A model generated the notes under the pieces. The model did not search any database. It saw only the letters and a list, made by a program, of their open reading frames with translations, and was not told the DNA's origin. Positions 14,215 to 27,700 of a DNA stretch of 64,000 nucleotides are shown here, in pieces. Where the stretch lies: the NCBI GenBank assembly GCA_951406725.2, contig OX597825.1, positions 4,650,001 through 4,714,000 of the forward strand, written 5' to 3'. The position numbers and the translations under genes are program-made. Numbering within the stretch: the stretch's first letter is position 1; every line of letters begins with the position of its first letter. Origin of the DNA: Octopus vulgaris (taxonomy: Eukaryota).

Positions 14215-15127
14215 GAGTGGCCATGGGAACGAGAAAGGGGCCCAACTATGCGAACCTGATCGTTGTCTACGTTGAGGCCCAAATATTCACTGGTCCCACT
14301 CCCAAACTATACGGCCGTTATATTGACGACTGTACCGGTGCGATCTCACTCTCCCGCGAACATCTAGACTCCTTCATCTTTTCTGTCAAATCTTTCCATC
14401 CTGTCCTCCACTTCTGCACTATCTCTGATACCTCTGATTCCTTTCTTGACGTTTCGTTCAGCATTCTTCACGCCCCTCTCACCACCTCCATCCACTACAA
14501 AAACCCAGACTCACACTCATACCTCAATTTCTCTTCCTCCCACACTAAACACACCAAGATTTTCATCTTCGGTTCTCAATTCCTCCGTCTACACAGGCTC
14601 TATAGTGTCGGCTCTATAAGGCTCAATCTCAACTCATGGCTTGCCACTTCATCCTACGTGGATATCCCCTCACCACTATCCACACCGCCCTTGCCAGAGC
14701 ACGTTCCATGGACCGTGCATCTGCTCTCTCGCCCCGAACCCGCACCGCCGTTTCCCGCCCCGCCGTTTCCCGCTTTCCATTTACCCTCACCTATCACCCC
14801 GCTATCCTACCTCTCCAATGCACCGTTCTCCGAGCCTTCTGGCGACTCCAGTGCGACCCCTCCACTTCGCACATCTTCCCTAACCGACCCTTCCTTTCTT
14901 TCAAATGAGCCCACAATCTACGAGACCTCTTTTTCCACAGCTTCTTCCCTAACCGAACCTCCCAACCCGGCTCGCTCCCCTGCTCCCGTCCATGCTGACG
15001 CACTTTCCCTTACCTTTCCAACACCACCCTCCTCTCCGGCACTCATCATCGATCCTATCACATCACCGACTCCTTCACCTGCTCTTCTACCAATATTATC
15101 TATTGCATCGCCTGCTCTCTCTGCCCT
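14208..15127 (+). pseudogene. Penelope-like element (Neptune-like) RT-thumb-linker fragment, frameshifted, starting directly after (TA)n
   Basis: GVAMGT..GPNYANL, YGRYIDD, FLDV, HSYLNFSSSH, SQFLRL. After a frameshift: RGYP, TLTYHP, a degenerate Cys linker and FTCSSTNIIYCIAC (start of GIY-YIG). Truncated at both ends. Confidence 0.88.
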
Positions 15128-15349
15128 CAAGCTTGAATTGTGGCCACATCGGAAGCGCACAAAGTCTTCTAGACCGGAGTACGACAGTTGCTCCTTTGCT
15201 GCCACTTATTAATAGTGATTTAAGCGGTCCTTTTTGCACACCTAGATTGAGTGGTAGAGTTAGTGGTTACATGATGTCCTCAGGCGCTGTACATGGCCTG
15301 GTTGTTTAGAAAGGGAAACAAGGGGGCTTGAAACATGGTGCGATAGCAA

Positions 15350-18200
15350 ACTATCTCTCTCGCATGTCCGGATCGTCTCTATTTTATTTCTGTTGTTTCC
15401 TTGTCATGTGTGCACTGTCGATGTATTCCACATAACATATGAGGTGACACATAGTACGTCGAATGTAAATAATGTAAATAATGTACATAGTACGATGTTT
15501 ACGATTAGACAGATTTGATAGTGAGGCGAAAATTGTATAGACCAGGATGGATGCAAAGTATTGTTTGTACAAACAGTTTTATCTTGTGTGTTGGCCAAAT
15601 GTTTTTAGTGCGATTTGGTGCATTACTATACTTTTTTTTCTTTTCATGCGTCTTTGTAAATTATTATGAATATTGTAAGTGCTGCAAGGAGATAAATGTA
15701 AAGTTGTAACATTATTGACGCCTTTGTGTCTAGGATGATTCTGTTGTTAATTAATGTTGTTTCATTCGTTTGGTGTTTCTCTCGTTTTGCAAGAAAATTG
15801 AAGGTGTTACAGCAAGTCTAACGTAGTATTCTTAGACTTGTGATTTTACATATGGTCGGAGTAGATGTGCAGCGGTATTTTGAATGATTTAGGATGATGT
15901 GAGACAAAACACATCTACATAAGGTTATATAGACGTTTGGATAATTCAAATAGATAAAGGTTGAAATCACAAGACGACATGACATGTCGGTAAATTGCGG
16001 CTTTAGGAAGTGTTGTGTTACATTACGCATTTGCCGGCATGGAAATTGTCTGCTATCTAACGTAACCCTAGCCCTACGAAATTTCATAAAATGGTAGATA
16101 AATTTTCTAAGCTTTTTGTTTTTCGTTCTTTTTCTTTCGATATGTTGATAGCAGCGAACAGAGTCGCAACCTTTGAACGGTAGGTTTCTCAGCTCTTGAA
16201 GCCACGACGTTTTCACTGAGCTTTCTGTGTAACGGTGTGGATGAATGTAATTATTTGAATCCCATATTTTGGGGGGAAAGGGATTGTCTGGCTTAGCAAT
16301 ATGAAGTATTAGATATCATAGTATATTTTAGGGTATGGTTAGGAAAGTCATTCGTCTGTTATTTCATCTATTTCCTTCTTATTTAATCGTTTGGGACGGA
16401 GTTTTATTTTGTGTGGCGTCGTTTTGACGTATCGTGTTTAAGACTTCTACGTTCAGTTTATTTCCATGAGCTCACATTTCCTTCCTACGTCACCTTCCAT
16501 AATATGCGCGTGGGTTTTCGATGCATCTGTAATTGCATTACATCTATTTATTTATTGTTGTATCTCTGATGTTGATTGGATTGTTGTTCTATTTTTAAAA
16601 ACTTTGATTGTATTTATTGTTTAAAACGCGTTCCATATCGCTTTATCAATTTTTGTTTCCTTTTTTGCTTTCTATATCCATGTGCGAGTATGCTGATCCG
16701 AGAAAAGTTGAGAAAATACTTTTCAAATTGTTTTTGTACTTCGACGTGTGAAGCAAAATGTGATTTCACAGTAAGTACTTTGTGCTTTTTGTTTATCTTA
16801 CATTTGGCTTGGTGGTGTGTATGACTCGTGCTAGAGTACGGATCATTTTTAATGTAGATTATGTTCAATTACGATGAACCAACGCCCTCAAGGTGTTTGT
16901 GTGATTATCAAAGTGTGGAGGTTCCGTTAGGTAACCCGGTGTGGGGAGCTGTGTGCGCTCAGTAGAGATATGCAAAAGCTCATTATCCTGAAGTACTGAA
17001 TTTTACTGATTTATATCTTGAATCTGGTATTAATCCGTACATTTTCTTTTCGTGTATACTAGTTGTGATATTTATATATTGGATAGAAGATTTAATATGT
17101 CATTATAACACTATCTCACTCAGGGAAGCCTCTGTTTAGTCAAAACACGATGCGATTTATAATGGAAAGTATTTTGGTAGTGGTTTTAAGAATGTTTCAT
17201 TATTGCTGAAGAGATTGTGTGCGATATTTTTAATTATCTGAAGGTGTTTTTAATACGTTTCCTGATGTATTAAAGAATTTCTAGACTTTCTAATGTAATG
17301 TTTGCTCATTTTCTTTATATCAGTGCATGTGTGTATATTTGTGAGCCAGAGGCGTGTATATTTTCCTGATGTCTGTCGAAGTCTGTGATGACGTAAACAG
17401 CATTCAATATTTTGTTTCGCCGGTGTTCTTTTCCTTATTGCATAAGTTAGACAAATCTGTATTTCTAAATCGTCTGTAAATGTTTGCTGAGTTTTGAAAA
17501 CCAGCTAAAGAAATCTTACTTTTGGACAGGTATTAGGGTTCGTTAAGTGATGATATTTCACTTCTAGCTTTCTATGATATCTTTATGTGCTGCGAAAACA
17601 TTTTTTGTGTATCGAAATTTAGTCTTTCGACTGCTATTCTAGCATGTGTCCGATATCGGCTGATATTCAGTATTAGATCATTTATAAGATATTATATAGT
17701 ATCTGAAGAAGATTTAGCTGTAAATTTGCTGGCCGAACAAATGCATAGAGATTTCATAGAAAGATTGTATGTTACAAGTGGTAGAATCCTTTCTGTGCGA
17801 GTGGATGTAACATGACTTGTCTAATACATATATCAGAGAAAACAGACTTCTGTTCTCAATAAGTGTTCTGACATTTGATGATGATCTAATATATTTACGC
17901 ATAATGAATTGACAATCAACATTAGTGATGTCACAAATTATCATACTGACTGATGCCAATTATCCATCCAGGTGCGCCATCTGCTTGAAAGCTATAAATC
18001 AAATCAATACAAGACAACTTAATGAAATGATAGGGGAAATCTAACTAAAGATTCATATTTATAATCTGAGAAGTAAACACTAGTTTAATAAGATTTAGGT
18101 ATGTGCGGATGAAACCACTGGACATGTTTTGGGTTTATTAGACCTCTTCAAGCTAGCATAATATCCTCCATACTTGCAAATTGGTGATATCATTATACTT
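15350..18200 (-). mobile_element. Heavily decayed retroelement relic, probably Penelope-like
   Basis: A 3-kb microsatellite-free island with fragmentary PLE-like peptides on the minus strand (TGLPNG, KIYLPFYEIS, KAAIYRH). A degenerate HHR sits at 18118-18153 (TTGAAGA-GGTC..ACCC-AAAAC-AT-GTC). Confidence 0.35.
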
Positions 18201-18319
18201 ATGTAGAATAACTAAACCAGAATTTCTTCCAGAAGGTTTTTCCATAGTTTTTGGGACAAATATTTTTGAAATCTCCCAACTGCATCCGGGTAGAGAGATT
18301 GCGGTGTGCTATGTGTGTT

Positions 18320-18688
18320 ATGTGGTAGCAGTGGTGGAAGCAGTGATTTTAGTAGCAGAAGCATTCGTGCCTTCTAAGGCTTGCGTGTGTTCACGCGGAA
18401 CGGGTTTCCTTTCAGCTTCTTTCATCTCTAGCATTGGTAGAGGCGGGAAGTCGGCCTCATGGTTTCGCTTAGCCATATTTGTTTAGAAATATGGCAGGGA
18501 AATCGAAGAAAATAGAAACGTAAATAGTTTGAAACTACCCATAGGGGTCAATTCCTCCCTTGAAAACACACCCTAACGAAAGCTAGGTCCTTCAGACACC
18601 TTATGTGCAAAAACTGAAACAAAATGTGTGCAATAAAAGGTCAAAAAAATGAATTACCTGCGGAGCCGATGCGACATCGTGTCAGTCA
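18320..18688 (-). mobile_element. Possible 5' end / ORF1 start of a non-LTR retrotransposon
   Basis: The minus strand begins GACTGACACGATGTCGCATCGGCTCC directly after (TATC)n. ATG at 18476 opens MAKRNHEADFPPLP... (FPPL-type motif common in LINE ORF1), with a stop after about 52 codons. Confidence 0.3.
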
Positions 18689-19081
<393 letters not shown>

Positions 19082-19599
19082 ATAGAATATGTTTGTACGA
19101 ACAGAAAAATATTCAATCCTACAACAGCGTCATTAATTCTTACCTGAAAGTTGTTTTTGTTATTTTTTTTTTAATATGATACAGGCTTTTATAGGTTGAA
19201 GATTCAAAATGAAAACAAACTGCAAAAAGCAATATAGAAATAGGGAAAGAAAGTGAGAACTGTATACACTTAAATTATAAACTCTGTAGGTGGCTGTTGG
19301 AAATTTGACCGGTCTATATCATGTCTAGACATATAGATAGCATCTTAATACACTTTGTCAGAACTAAGTAAAGCTAGCGGCTAATAACACCTGAATTATG
19401 AAGCTCTAAAACCTATTATAGTGGCAAAGCAACAAATTAAACTTATATATCAATTTCTTAATACTGAGAGAAGCAGATCAGTTCAAATTACTAATCTGTT
19501 TATCATTCTTAGAACATATATTCTATTGAAAGCCTTCAAAGATGCGACATTCGTCTGGAGAAAAAGCGTCTTTTATACACGTATAGCATTAAAAAGACA

Positions 19600-19880
19600 G
19601 GAATATATCAAATACGAAATGTTTCGTTCTTGGATTTGGTTTGCAAGATTCTTTATGTGAGTTGGTGTGTTGAAGCATATTCTGTTGTGTCTGGGGAGAG
19701 TCATTTTCTTTTGGTGCCTTATAATGTAACACACTCACCGGTAAAATTTCCACTTATTTCTTTTTTATTTTTCTAAAATTTTCGTTGCGTCTTGCGACCT
19801 TTTCAATGATTTTACTGTTGAGTGTGTTTAATTATAAAGCAGCAAAAGAGAATGACTCTCCCCAGACACAACAATATACT
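19600..19880 (-). mobile_element. Penelope-like pLTR fold-back with U3:A8 HHR-like motif
   Basis: Arms ~19675-19748 and ~19809-19880 are inverted (TGTTGTGTCTGGGGAGAGTCATT / AATGACTCTCCCCAGACACAACA). The loop reads on minus TTGAAAA-G-GTCGC-aagac-GCAAC-GAAAATTT (19772-19808). Confidence 0.65.
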
Positions 19881-20022
19881 GAATAATTTTCCTGTTCTTT
19901 TTTCTAAACTCTTTTTTTATACGTGTATAAATAATACTTTCTTGAGACAAATACGTCAGTTTAGGACGCTTTCAACTTTTGATTTATGCATGTATATATG
20001 TATGTATGTAAGTATGTATGTA

Positions 20023-20092
<70 letters not shown>

Positions 20093-20314
20093 TAAGAAAG
20101 TTTGTTTGGTAAAGCACGTGGTGAATATATAAGAAAATAGTAAAGTGTGAAAAAACGACAGAAGGCTTAAATGTTAAAAGATATATATATTTGTGTCAAA
20201 ATGTCTGAGAATATTGGAAAATTTTTTTCCTTTCCTTAAATGACATAATTTTTAAATTTTTAAAGAAATTACCGTGCGTGTGCGTGTGTATGTATGTGTG
20301 TGAGTGTGTGTGTG

Positions 20315-20510
20315 ACCGCGTGTGTACCGTTGGCGATTTTTTTCCCTCTGTCTTCCCTTCTCTGGATATTTCCTTCTCCTATGTTTCCGACGAAGAGCTC
20401 CGCTCGAAACTTTACACCCTCCTTCTTTCCTTCTTTCCTGAGCGTTCCATATTTGTTCCACGTCCTCGCGTTGTTGTGTTTTTTTCTGCTTTCTGGTTTG
20501 GATTAACTAT
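20315..20510 (+). mobile_element. Penelope-like pLTR fragment with minimal HHR-like motif (CCGACGA core)
   Basis: GTTT-CCGACGA-A-GAGC-tcc-GCTC-GAAAC (20383-20410), ending in (TA)n. The same family occurs on minus at 37690-37850. Confidence 0.6.
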
Positions 20511-20740
20511 ATATATATATATATATGTATATATATTACTTTATAAAAATAGGGTTCAGTAAAATACTTTACTTTACCACATACCGAACTATTTAGAAAT
20601 AGCAGCCAAAAATTTAGCTATTTCTTCTACTTTAAGAAAAGTCTCCCAGACAATGCATACTCAGAAATAACTCACATAGGTATAAGGGAAAAACAAATAT
20701 TCTTTTGAAAAAACTTTTTCTAAATTTAATTATTTAATCG

Positions 20741-20783
20741 TTACAGTTGAAAAGGTCTCAAACGACCGAAACCTGTACTGAAA
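20741..20783 (+). ncRNA. Minimal type I hammerhead motif with U3:A8 core, within a pLTR-like segment (about 20535-20870) between (TA)n tracts
   Basis: TTACAG-TTGAAAA (20747-53)-GGTC-tcaaac-GACC-GAAAC-ct-GTA-CTGAAA. All three stems can form. Confidence 0.7.
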
Positions 20784-20866
20784 TGTTCTTTATAAAATTA
20801 TTTTAGCATTTTCTATCTTGACTTATTTTTTCATATATATCAATTCGTGTGTTCCTTTTCACCCTT

Positions 20867-20921
<55 letters not shown>

Positions 20922-20944
20922 GATTGTGATATATATTGATTTCA

Positions 20945-21101
20945 AATTTCTACCCCAGTACCCAACTGTTCCTTATTTTATCGACCCTGAAAGGATGAAA
21001 AGCAAAGTCAACCATGGCGGAAATTGAACTCAGAACGTGAAGACGGACGAAATGCCGCTAAGCACATTAGCCTACGCACTAACAATTCTACCAGCTCACC
21101 T
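20945..21101 (-). mobile_element. Family-B SINE
   Basis: Reverse complement of the 40789 SINE (ATCGACCCTGAAAGGATGAAAAGCAAAGTCAAC...CCAGCTCACC). Confidence 0.75.
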
Positions 21102-21511
21102 TTTATCATGTGTATGTGTGTGCATGTGTGTGTGTGTATATATGTATTATCATGTGCACCTGTGTTTGTGATTGATTTTATGCATTTCGTTTTGAGGTCT
21201 AAGCGGATTCGTGTGCATATTTCCAAAGCTGATGTAATGAGATGTAAATGCACATCATAATGTTAATACGTTGGTATTAACTTATTTCGACATACGAATA
21301 AAATTACTCCATGCTCAGGTGTAGCAAATGATTATCTAAGCTGCTTCGCATTGCGTTAGAATGATTATAATATCGGTAAGCAGGCAGAATTATTGGTATT
21401 TCTTCAGGGTTTACGTTATGAGTCCAAATGCCAAATTACGCTATAAGTTCAAATGCTGCTAAGGCCGACATTGTTTTTCACTGTATTGGAGACGATAAAA
21501 TAAGTATTATC

Positions 21512-21813
21512 GTGGCACTCCGTCGGTTACGACGACGAGTGTTCCAGTTGATCCGATCAACGAAACAGCCGGCTCGTGAAATTAATGTGCAAGTGGCTGA
21601 GAACTCCACAGACACGTGTGTCCTTAACGTAGTTTTCCAGTGGAGATTCAGCGTGACACAGAGAGTGACAAGGCTGGCCCTTTGAAATATAGCTACAACA
21701 GAAACAAGAAGAAAGAGTGAGAGAAAGTTGTGGTGAAAGAGTACAGCAGATTTCGCCACCACCCCCTACGATCGCATGTCTGCTACCCTAACCAATGAGC
21801 CGTTGCGCCTCCA
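21512..21813 (-). mobile_element. Family-A tRNA-derived SINE, internally deleted
   Basis: Reverse complement of 22898-23285, missing part of the head/body. Confidence 0.85.
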
Positions 21814-22304
21814 GAAGAAAGAATTATGAGGATTTGTGGAAACAACAGCACTTCATTTAACCGAGATGTTTATGTTGGTTTCTGTTCAGTATCTTTTTGT
21901 GCTCAGAGAATATTACAGTTAAACTTAAAGCCTTTTCTGCTACATAGATTCTGTTCAATTTTACCCAATCTTCTTTCTTCGCATATTAAATCCTTTAAGC
22001 CACGTTGTTTAATTTAGAGGTGATGCCTGCTGTTGCAGTATACTTTTATATTTCGTTTTGCATTTTACTGATAAAACGTTTAGGGCTTACAGGTGATCTA
22101 GCGAAGGTTTTTTCCCCCTCTTTTTGTTCTATTTTAATTTAAAACTGAGATTATTTGTTGAAAGAACCTTCTTACGTCTATAATCTATTCCACTACTGGG
22201 AGTGTTATTTACGAATATAACGCTAAAACGATATGAAAAAAAATTTCCTGTCTTTTCACGAGCTAGCTTTAGCAATTTTAATATTTTCTCTCTTCATAAA
22301 TATG

Positions 22305-22500
22305 GCTGAGAAGTGACAGAATCGTTAGCAAACAGGATTTAGTGGTATTTTGCCCATCTTTACGTTCCGAGTTCAAATTCTGATGAGAACGACATTACCT
22401 TTCGTGATCGATAAAGTAAGTAGCAGTTGAACACTGAAGTCGAAGTGATCGATATTACCCCCTCCCGCGAAAGTCCTGGACTTTTGCTGAAATTTGAAAT
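22305..22500 (+). mobile_element. Family-B SINE, diverged
   Basis: GACAGAATCGTTAGCA...GAGTTCAAATTC...TCGATAAAGTAAGTAGCAG. Confidence 0.6.
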
Positions 22501-22897
22501 TTATATTTTCTGTACTCTTTTTTTCTTCAAAATTTGTTACGATATCGAGGGTATAGTCCACCTGCCTCTATTATTACAATATTTTCAAAACTTTTCTTTG
22601 CGCTTTTATTTAACGTAAGCACTGAATAAAATTACCTCTCTTATCATGTTGACACATTCTTATAAATTCTTATAAATTCCTTATTAGACGCGGTTTCATC
22701 TCTGCATATTCAGCTCGGCAGTTCCCCACATGGTAGATATACCGGAATCATTTATGGAGCCGATAGAACAGCACAGAAAAGGGTTGACAAGCATGTTGTG
22801 AGCAATCGAGGGGGCCGCTGTGTCTTTTATTCTGCACAGCTCTGAGAGGGCTTGACGCTTCTGATGCAGCAGAGAGGAGGATCTTAAATTGCAGAGA

Positions 22898-23285
22898 GTG
22901 GAGGCGCAATGGCCCAGTGGTTAGGGCAGAGGAATCGCGGTCATAGGATCGCGGTTTCGATTCCCAGACCGGGCGTTGTGAGTGTTTATTGAGCGAAAAC
23001 ACCTAAAAGCTCCACGAGGCTCCGGCAGGGGATGGTGGTGATCCCTGCTGTACTCTTTCACCACAACTTTCTCTCACTCTTACTTCCTGTTTCTGTTGTA
23101 CCTGTATTTCAAAGGGCCGGCCTTGTCACTCTCTGTGTCACGCTGAATATCCCCGAGAACTACGTTAAGGGTACACGTGTCTGTGGAGTGCTCAGCCACT
23201 TACACGTTAATTTCACGAGCAGGCTGTTCCATTGATTCGGATCAACCGGAACCCTCATCGTCGTAACCGACGGAGTGCTTCCACC
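22898..23285 (+). mobile_element. Full-length family-A tRNA-derived SINE with 12-bp target-site duplication
   Basis: A box TGGCCCAGTGG and B box GGTTTCGATTCC. Flanked by AAATTGCAGAGA at 22886-22897 and 23286-23297. Confidence 0.92.
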
Positions 23286-24114
23286 AAATTGCAGAGAAAC
23301 CCTTGACTGGTTTTGGATAAAGTGAACGGGCCAGTGGTTCGCTGAAGCTGAGATAACAGTTGTGTGTTGATAAATCTTGGCTGGGTCAGGTGGACGAAGG
23401 GGGCTGATGTTGAAAGACCCGAAAACCCCTAAAATTCCAGAAATATCACAGATAATGCATCCCAGAGAATCCATGAGATGTATCTTGAAACGAAACTACA
23501 GAAGGGTTGGTATAGGTTACCGATATGAGCGTGTGATGGAAGTTTAGGATGCTTCGTAAATGTTTGTGTTCTCCATTAATCTATTATTGGGATTCTAGAA
23601 AGATAATCAATACGATTTGTAACCAATATTATCGATACAGTTGAATTACCTCCTAGATCCCCAGGCAAATGATAATCTTTACTAGTTATTGAAGGCGAAA
23701 ACAATTTGAAATTAAGCTATATATATACATATGAAGGTGTGGGGGGGGTGAATATATTATTTATTATTCGTTTATTATTTATTATTCTCTGGCACTCCAA
23801 GAGTCTTACATGAGTAGCAGGCTCGCTACCGGCAGCCAGTGGTACCATACCATTTGTTCTCTTCAAGGAAGCAAACATATGCAAAAGCTCTACTGGGCAA
23901 TCTGTTCATATTTTGCTTTATATTTCTCTCAATACTCTCTGACACTGTCCCAAGGTTCCAACAATAATTGGCACCCTCTTCAGATTTTTCGTCTTCTACA
24001 GTAGGGCAATCGCGTTTTTAAGAGAATTAAATATCGAACCAAAACGATCACAGCATCTTATTCTAATATATATAGATATATAATTGTGTCTGTGTGCGTT
24101 CGATTGCGTGCGTT

Positions 24115-24480
<366 letters not shown>

Positions 24481-24549
24481 TGCGTTTGTTAGGAGAGCGC
24501 ATTTTATAATAAATAAATATATATTTTAGGAGAAGTAATGGCAAGTGTG

Positions 24550-24767
24550 GTCGACAGGGGGAAGGGTAGAGGATAGAGAGTTACTGAAAGGATGTAGATG
24601 AGAATGAGTAGGAAGTATGTGTGATTAAAATGTAGTTTACATGAAGGGGGTATAGTGAGAGGTAGAGATAGGAGAGGGGAGAAAGCATATGATGAGAAAG
24701 TATAGTGAGAACATAGAGAGAAGAAGAGATGTAGAAGTAGCTAGAAGGAAATAGAGAGGAAGAGCGA

Positions 24768-24804
<37 letters not shown>

Positions 24805-25753
24805 ATGGAGATATAGTGGTAGGGGTAAAGAGATATATAAAAGCTGTGTTAGATAGAGGGAGGTGGTGAGAGAGTGGGAGAGAGAGAGAGAGAGAGAGAG
24901 AAAGAGCGAGAGAGACGTGTGTAGAGAGGGTGTATGTGGGAAGAGAAATAATTCTGGTGGATAGATAAGATTGCGACAGAGTATGAGAGTAAAGGAAAGG
25001 CAAAGAGTAGGAGAGAGAGAGTAAATAAGATAGATGATGAGACATGATGAGAGGGAAAGTAAGAGAGAAGGAAAACGATATGTGAGAGAAGGGATAGGTG
25101 TGTATAATGAATAGAGAGGAGAGTGATAATGAGAGACACTGCAGGAAAGAGAGGGAGGAGAGGGCGAGGGGGGAAGAAGAAGAAGAAGAAGAAGAAGAAG
25201 AAGAAGAAGAAGAAGAAGAAGAAGAAGAAGAAGAAGAAGAAGGAGAAGAAGGAGAAAGAAAAGAAGAGACGAAGAAGAAGATGAAGAAAGAGAAGACGAA
25301 GAAGAAGAAAGAACGAAAAAAAAAGAAGAAGAAGAAGAGGAAAGAGGAGGAATAGAGGAAAAAGAAAAACAAGAGGAGGAAAGGGGAGGAAGAGAAGAAG
25401 AAAAAGAAGAAGCCGGAGGAGGGGAGAGGGAGGGGTGGAGGAAGTGGAGGAGGAATAGGTGGAGGAGGAGAAGAAGACGAAGAAGAAAAAGAAAGAGAAG
25501 AAGAGAGAGAAGAAAAAAAAAAGAAGAAGGAAAATATGAGATAAATACAGAGGCGGGGAATGGTGAGAGACAAAGAAAGAGAAAAGGTGAGAGGAAAACA
25601 GAGAATATATATATGTGCATGTGTGTATGTATGTATATAGATAGATACATACATGCACACACATCGATATATATACATTTAATCATACACAATCATATAT
25701 AAACACATACGTTCCATACACACACGTACCGTACACACACACATGCATAATAC

Positions 25754-25788
<35 letters not shown>

Positions 25789-25789
25789 C

Positions 25790-25843
<54 letters not shown>

Positions 25844-27605
25844 GTATATATATATGTATGCTTGATAAACATAGGAGATGCTAAGAAATGCTGAGAGAGG
25901 TGAAGTGAGAGCGCAAGAGAGGATGTTATGTGAGAATAGACAGAGGCCTATATATGTGCATTAAAAGTGTAATGAAAAGAAAACAACAAAAAATAATAAC
26001 AATAAACTAGAAGAAGGAGAGCAAGACATTAACGTGAATAAATGTAAAATTTAAGTGAGAGAACATCAAAAGAATACAGATGTAAGAATTAGGTATTTAA
26101 GTTGTTGACAGAGATTTCTCTGTGATACCATAGTAAATGAGTTGTGTGACTAGAATGGTGGGTGGTGGGTGAGTAGCTGAGGAAGAGGGGGATGGAGAAA
26201 GAGAAGAGGAAGGTGAAGAGGGAGGAGGAAAAGAATAGGAGGAGGCTCTGTGTGTTTTATATATGTGTGTGTGTGTGTGTGTAGTGGGAAAGAACATATA
26301 AGAGGGGGGTGGATCATTTGGAGTGCAGTACAATCATAAAGAGAGTCGTTGAGAGAATGGTGGGAGGTAGAAATGAAGAGAAAGGTGGGAGGTAGAAAGT
26401 CATGGAGGAGCATCAGAGAGAAATAACAGAGACAGGGAGATGAGGCGGAGATAGTATGAAGATAGAGAGGGAGGGAGGAAGAGAGACAGAGAGAGGAGTG
26501 AGGAAATCAGGAGGAGAAAGAAGGAAAGAATATAAAGTATGGATGAGGGAAAGAAAGGCATAGAGATATGAGAGACAAAAATAAGAGAGATAGATGGATG
26601 GGGGGGGGGGAGAAAATATGAGGAAACATGGGTCAGAGACTAGGAGAAGGGATGTCAAACGGATTGGAAGCGAGAGAGAGGGAGTGGGTGAAGGATCTGA
26701 AGAAAGTATGATGGAGAGATATACATAGAGAGAGAGATATAAAGACAAAATTGAGAGGGAGATAGAGAGTGATACACAGTGAAATATCAGAAAGAGAGAG
26801 AGAGATTGTGTGAGAGCTGGGAAGTGATTAAGAGGAAACTCTTAGAGAGGGGGAAAATATAGACATATTTGAAAGAGAGGAGCTGACAGAGATAGAAATC
26901 GGTTTGGCAGAAGAGGAAGAGGCTATGATAGAGAAGGAGAAGCAGACATAAGGGGGAGGAGAAAGAGGAGATATGCAGGAGATGGGTGTTGAGATACTAG
27001 GGAGAGGACATGAGGGGGGAGAGACATGGAGAATGAGGGAGGGGAGAGAGAGTAAGATCAAGAAAAATGACCAGAGAAATTGTTATACATTCTGTGAGTG
27101 AGAGAAACATGCGCATGCGTATTCACACAGCAAAGGAGAAAGAGGATGAGAGAGACACATACAAAAAACATAGACAGAGAGAGACAAGCATACAGAGAGA
27201 GAGAGAGAGCTCGACTCATATACAGAGTATAAGAAAGAGCGAAAAACACATAGTTTGAGTGAGTGATTGAGTGATTGAGTGAGTGAGTGAGTGAGTGAGT
27301 GAGTGAGTGAGTGAGTGAGTGAGATATACGCAGTATGAGAGGAAGAGAGATACATACACACACTCTATGAGATATATACACACATAAAAGTGTAGGAAAG
27401 AGTGGAGCATGAACTCGGAGGAAGACAGACACAGACATACATAGTCAGATATAAAGACACAAACTTCTGATGAGAGGCAAGAGATAAAAATGCAGCGAAA
27501 GATAGACGTATAATTAGACCCAGTGAAAAAAAGTGAAACACATCCGCGCATTGAGGGAAACAGAGGCATAGAGAAATAGAGACAGAGACATATATATATA
27601 TATAT

Positions 27606-27664
<59 letters not shown>

Positions 27665-27700
27665 TGACTGAGAAGTGAAAAGTGAACAGATGGAACATCA
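24550..27700. repeat. ~3-kb purine-biased low-complexity tract with (GA)n, (GAA)n, (GAGT)n and one internal (TA)n block
   Basis: The plus strand is dominated by A/G; pure (GAA)n at about 25173-25241. Confidence 0.9.

Noticed and set aside
14600-15212. Pro/Ser-rich C-terminal half of the 334-aa ORF as real protein
   Set aside because: It is out-of-frame read-through after a frameshift; the PLE motifs continue in the 14636..14908 frame.
22898-22975. tRNA gene
   Set aside because: The A/B boxes belong to a SINE head that continues into a multi-copy body with a TSD.
24581-25692. Long minus-strand ORFs (365, 351 and 271 aa)
   Set aside because: They are stop-poor translations of a pyrimidine-rich low-complexity strand with no domain content.
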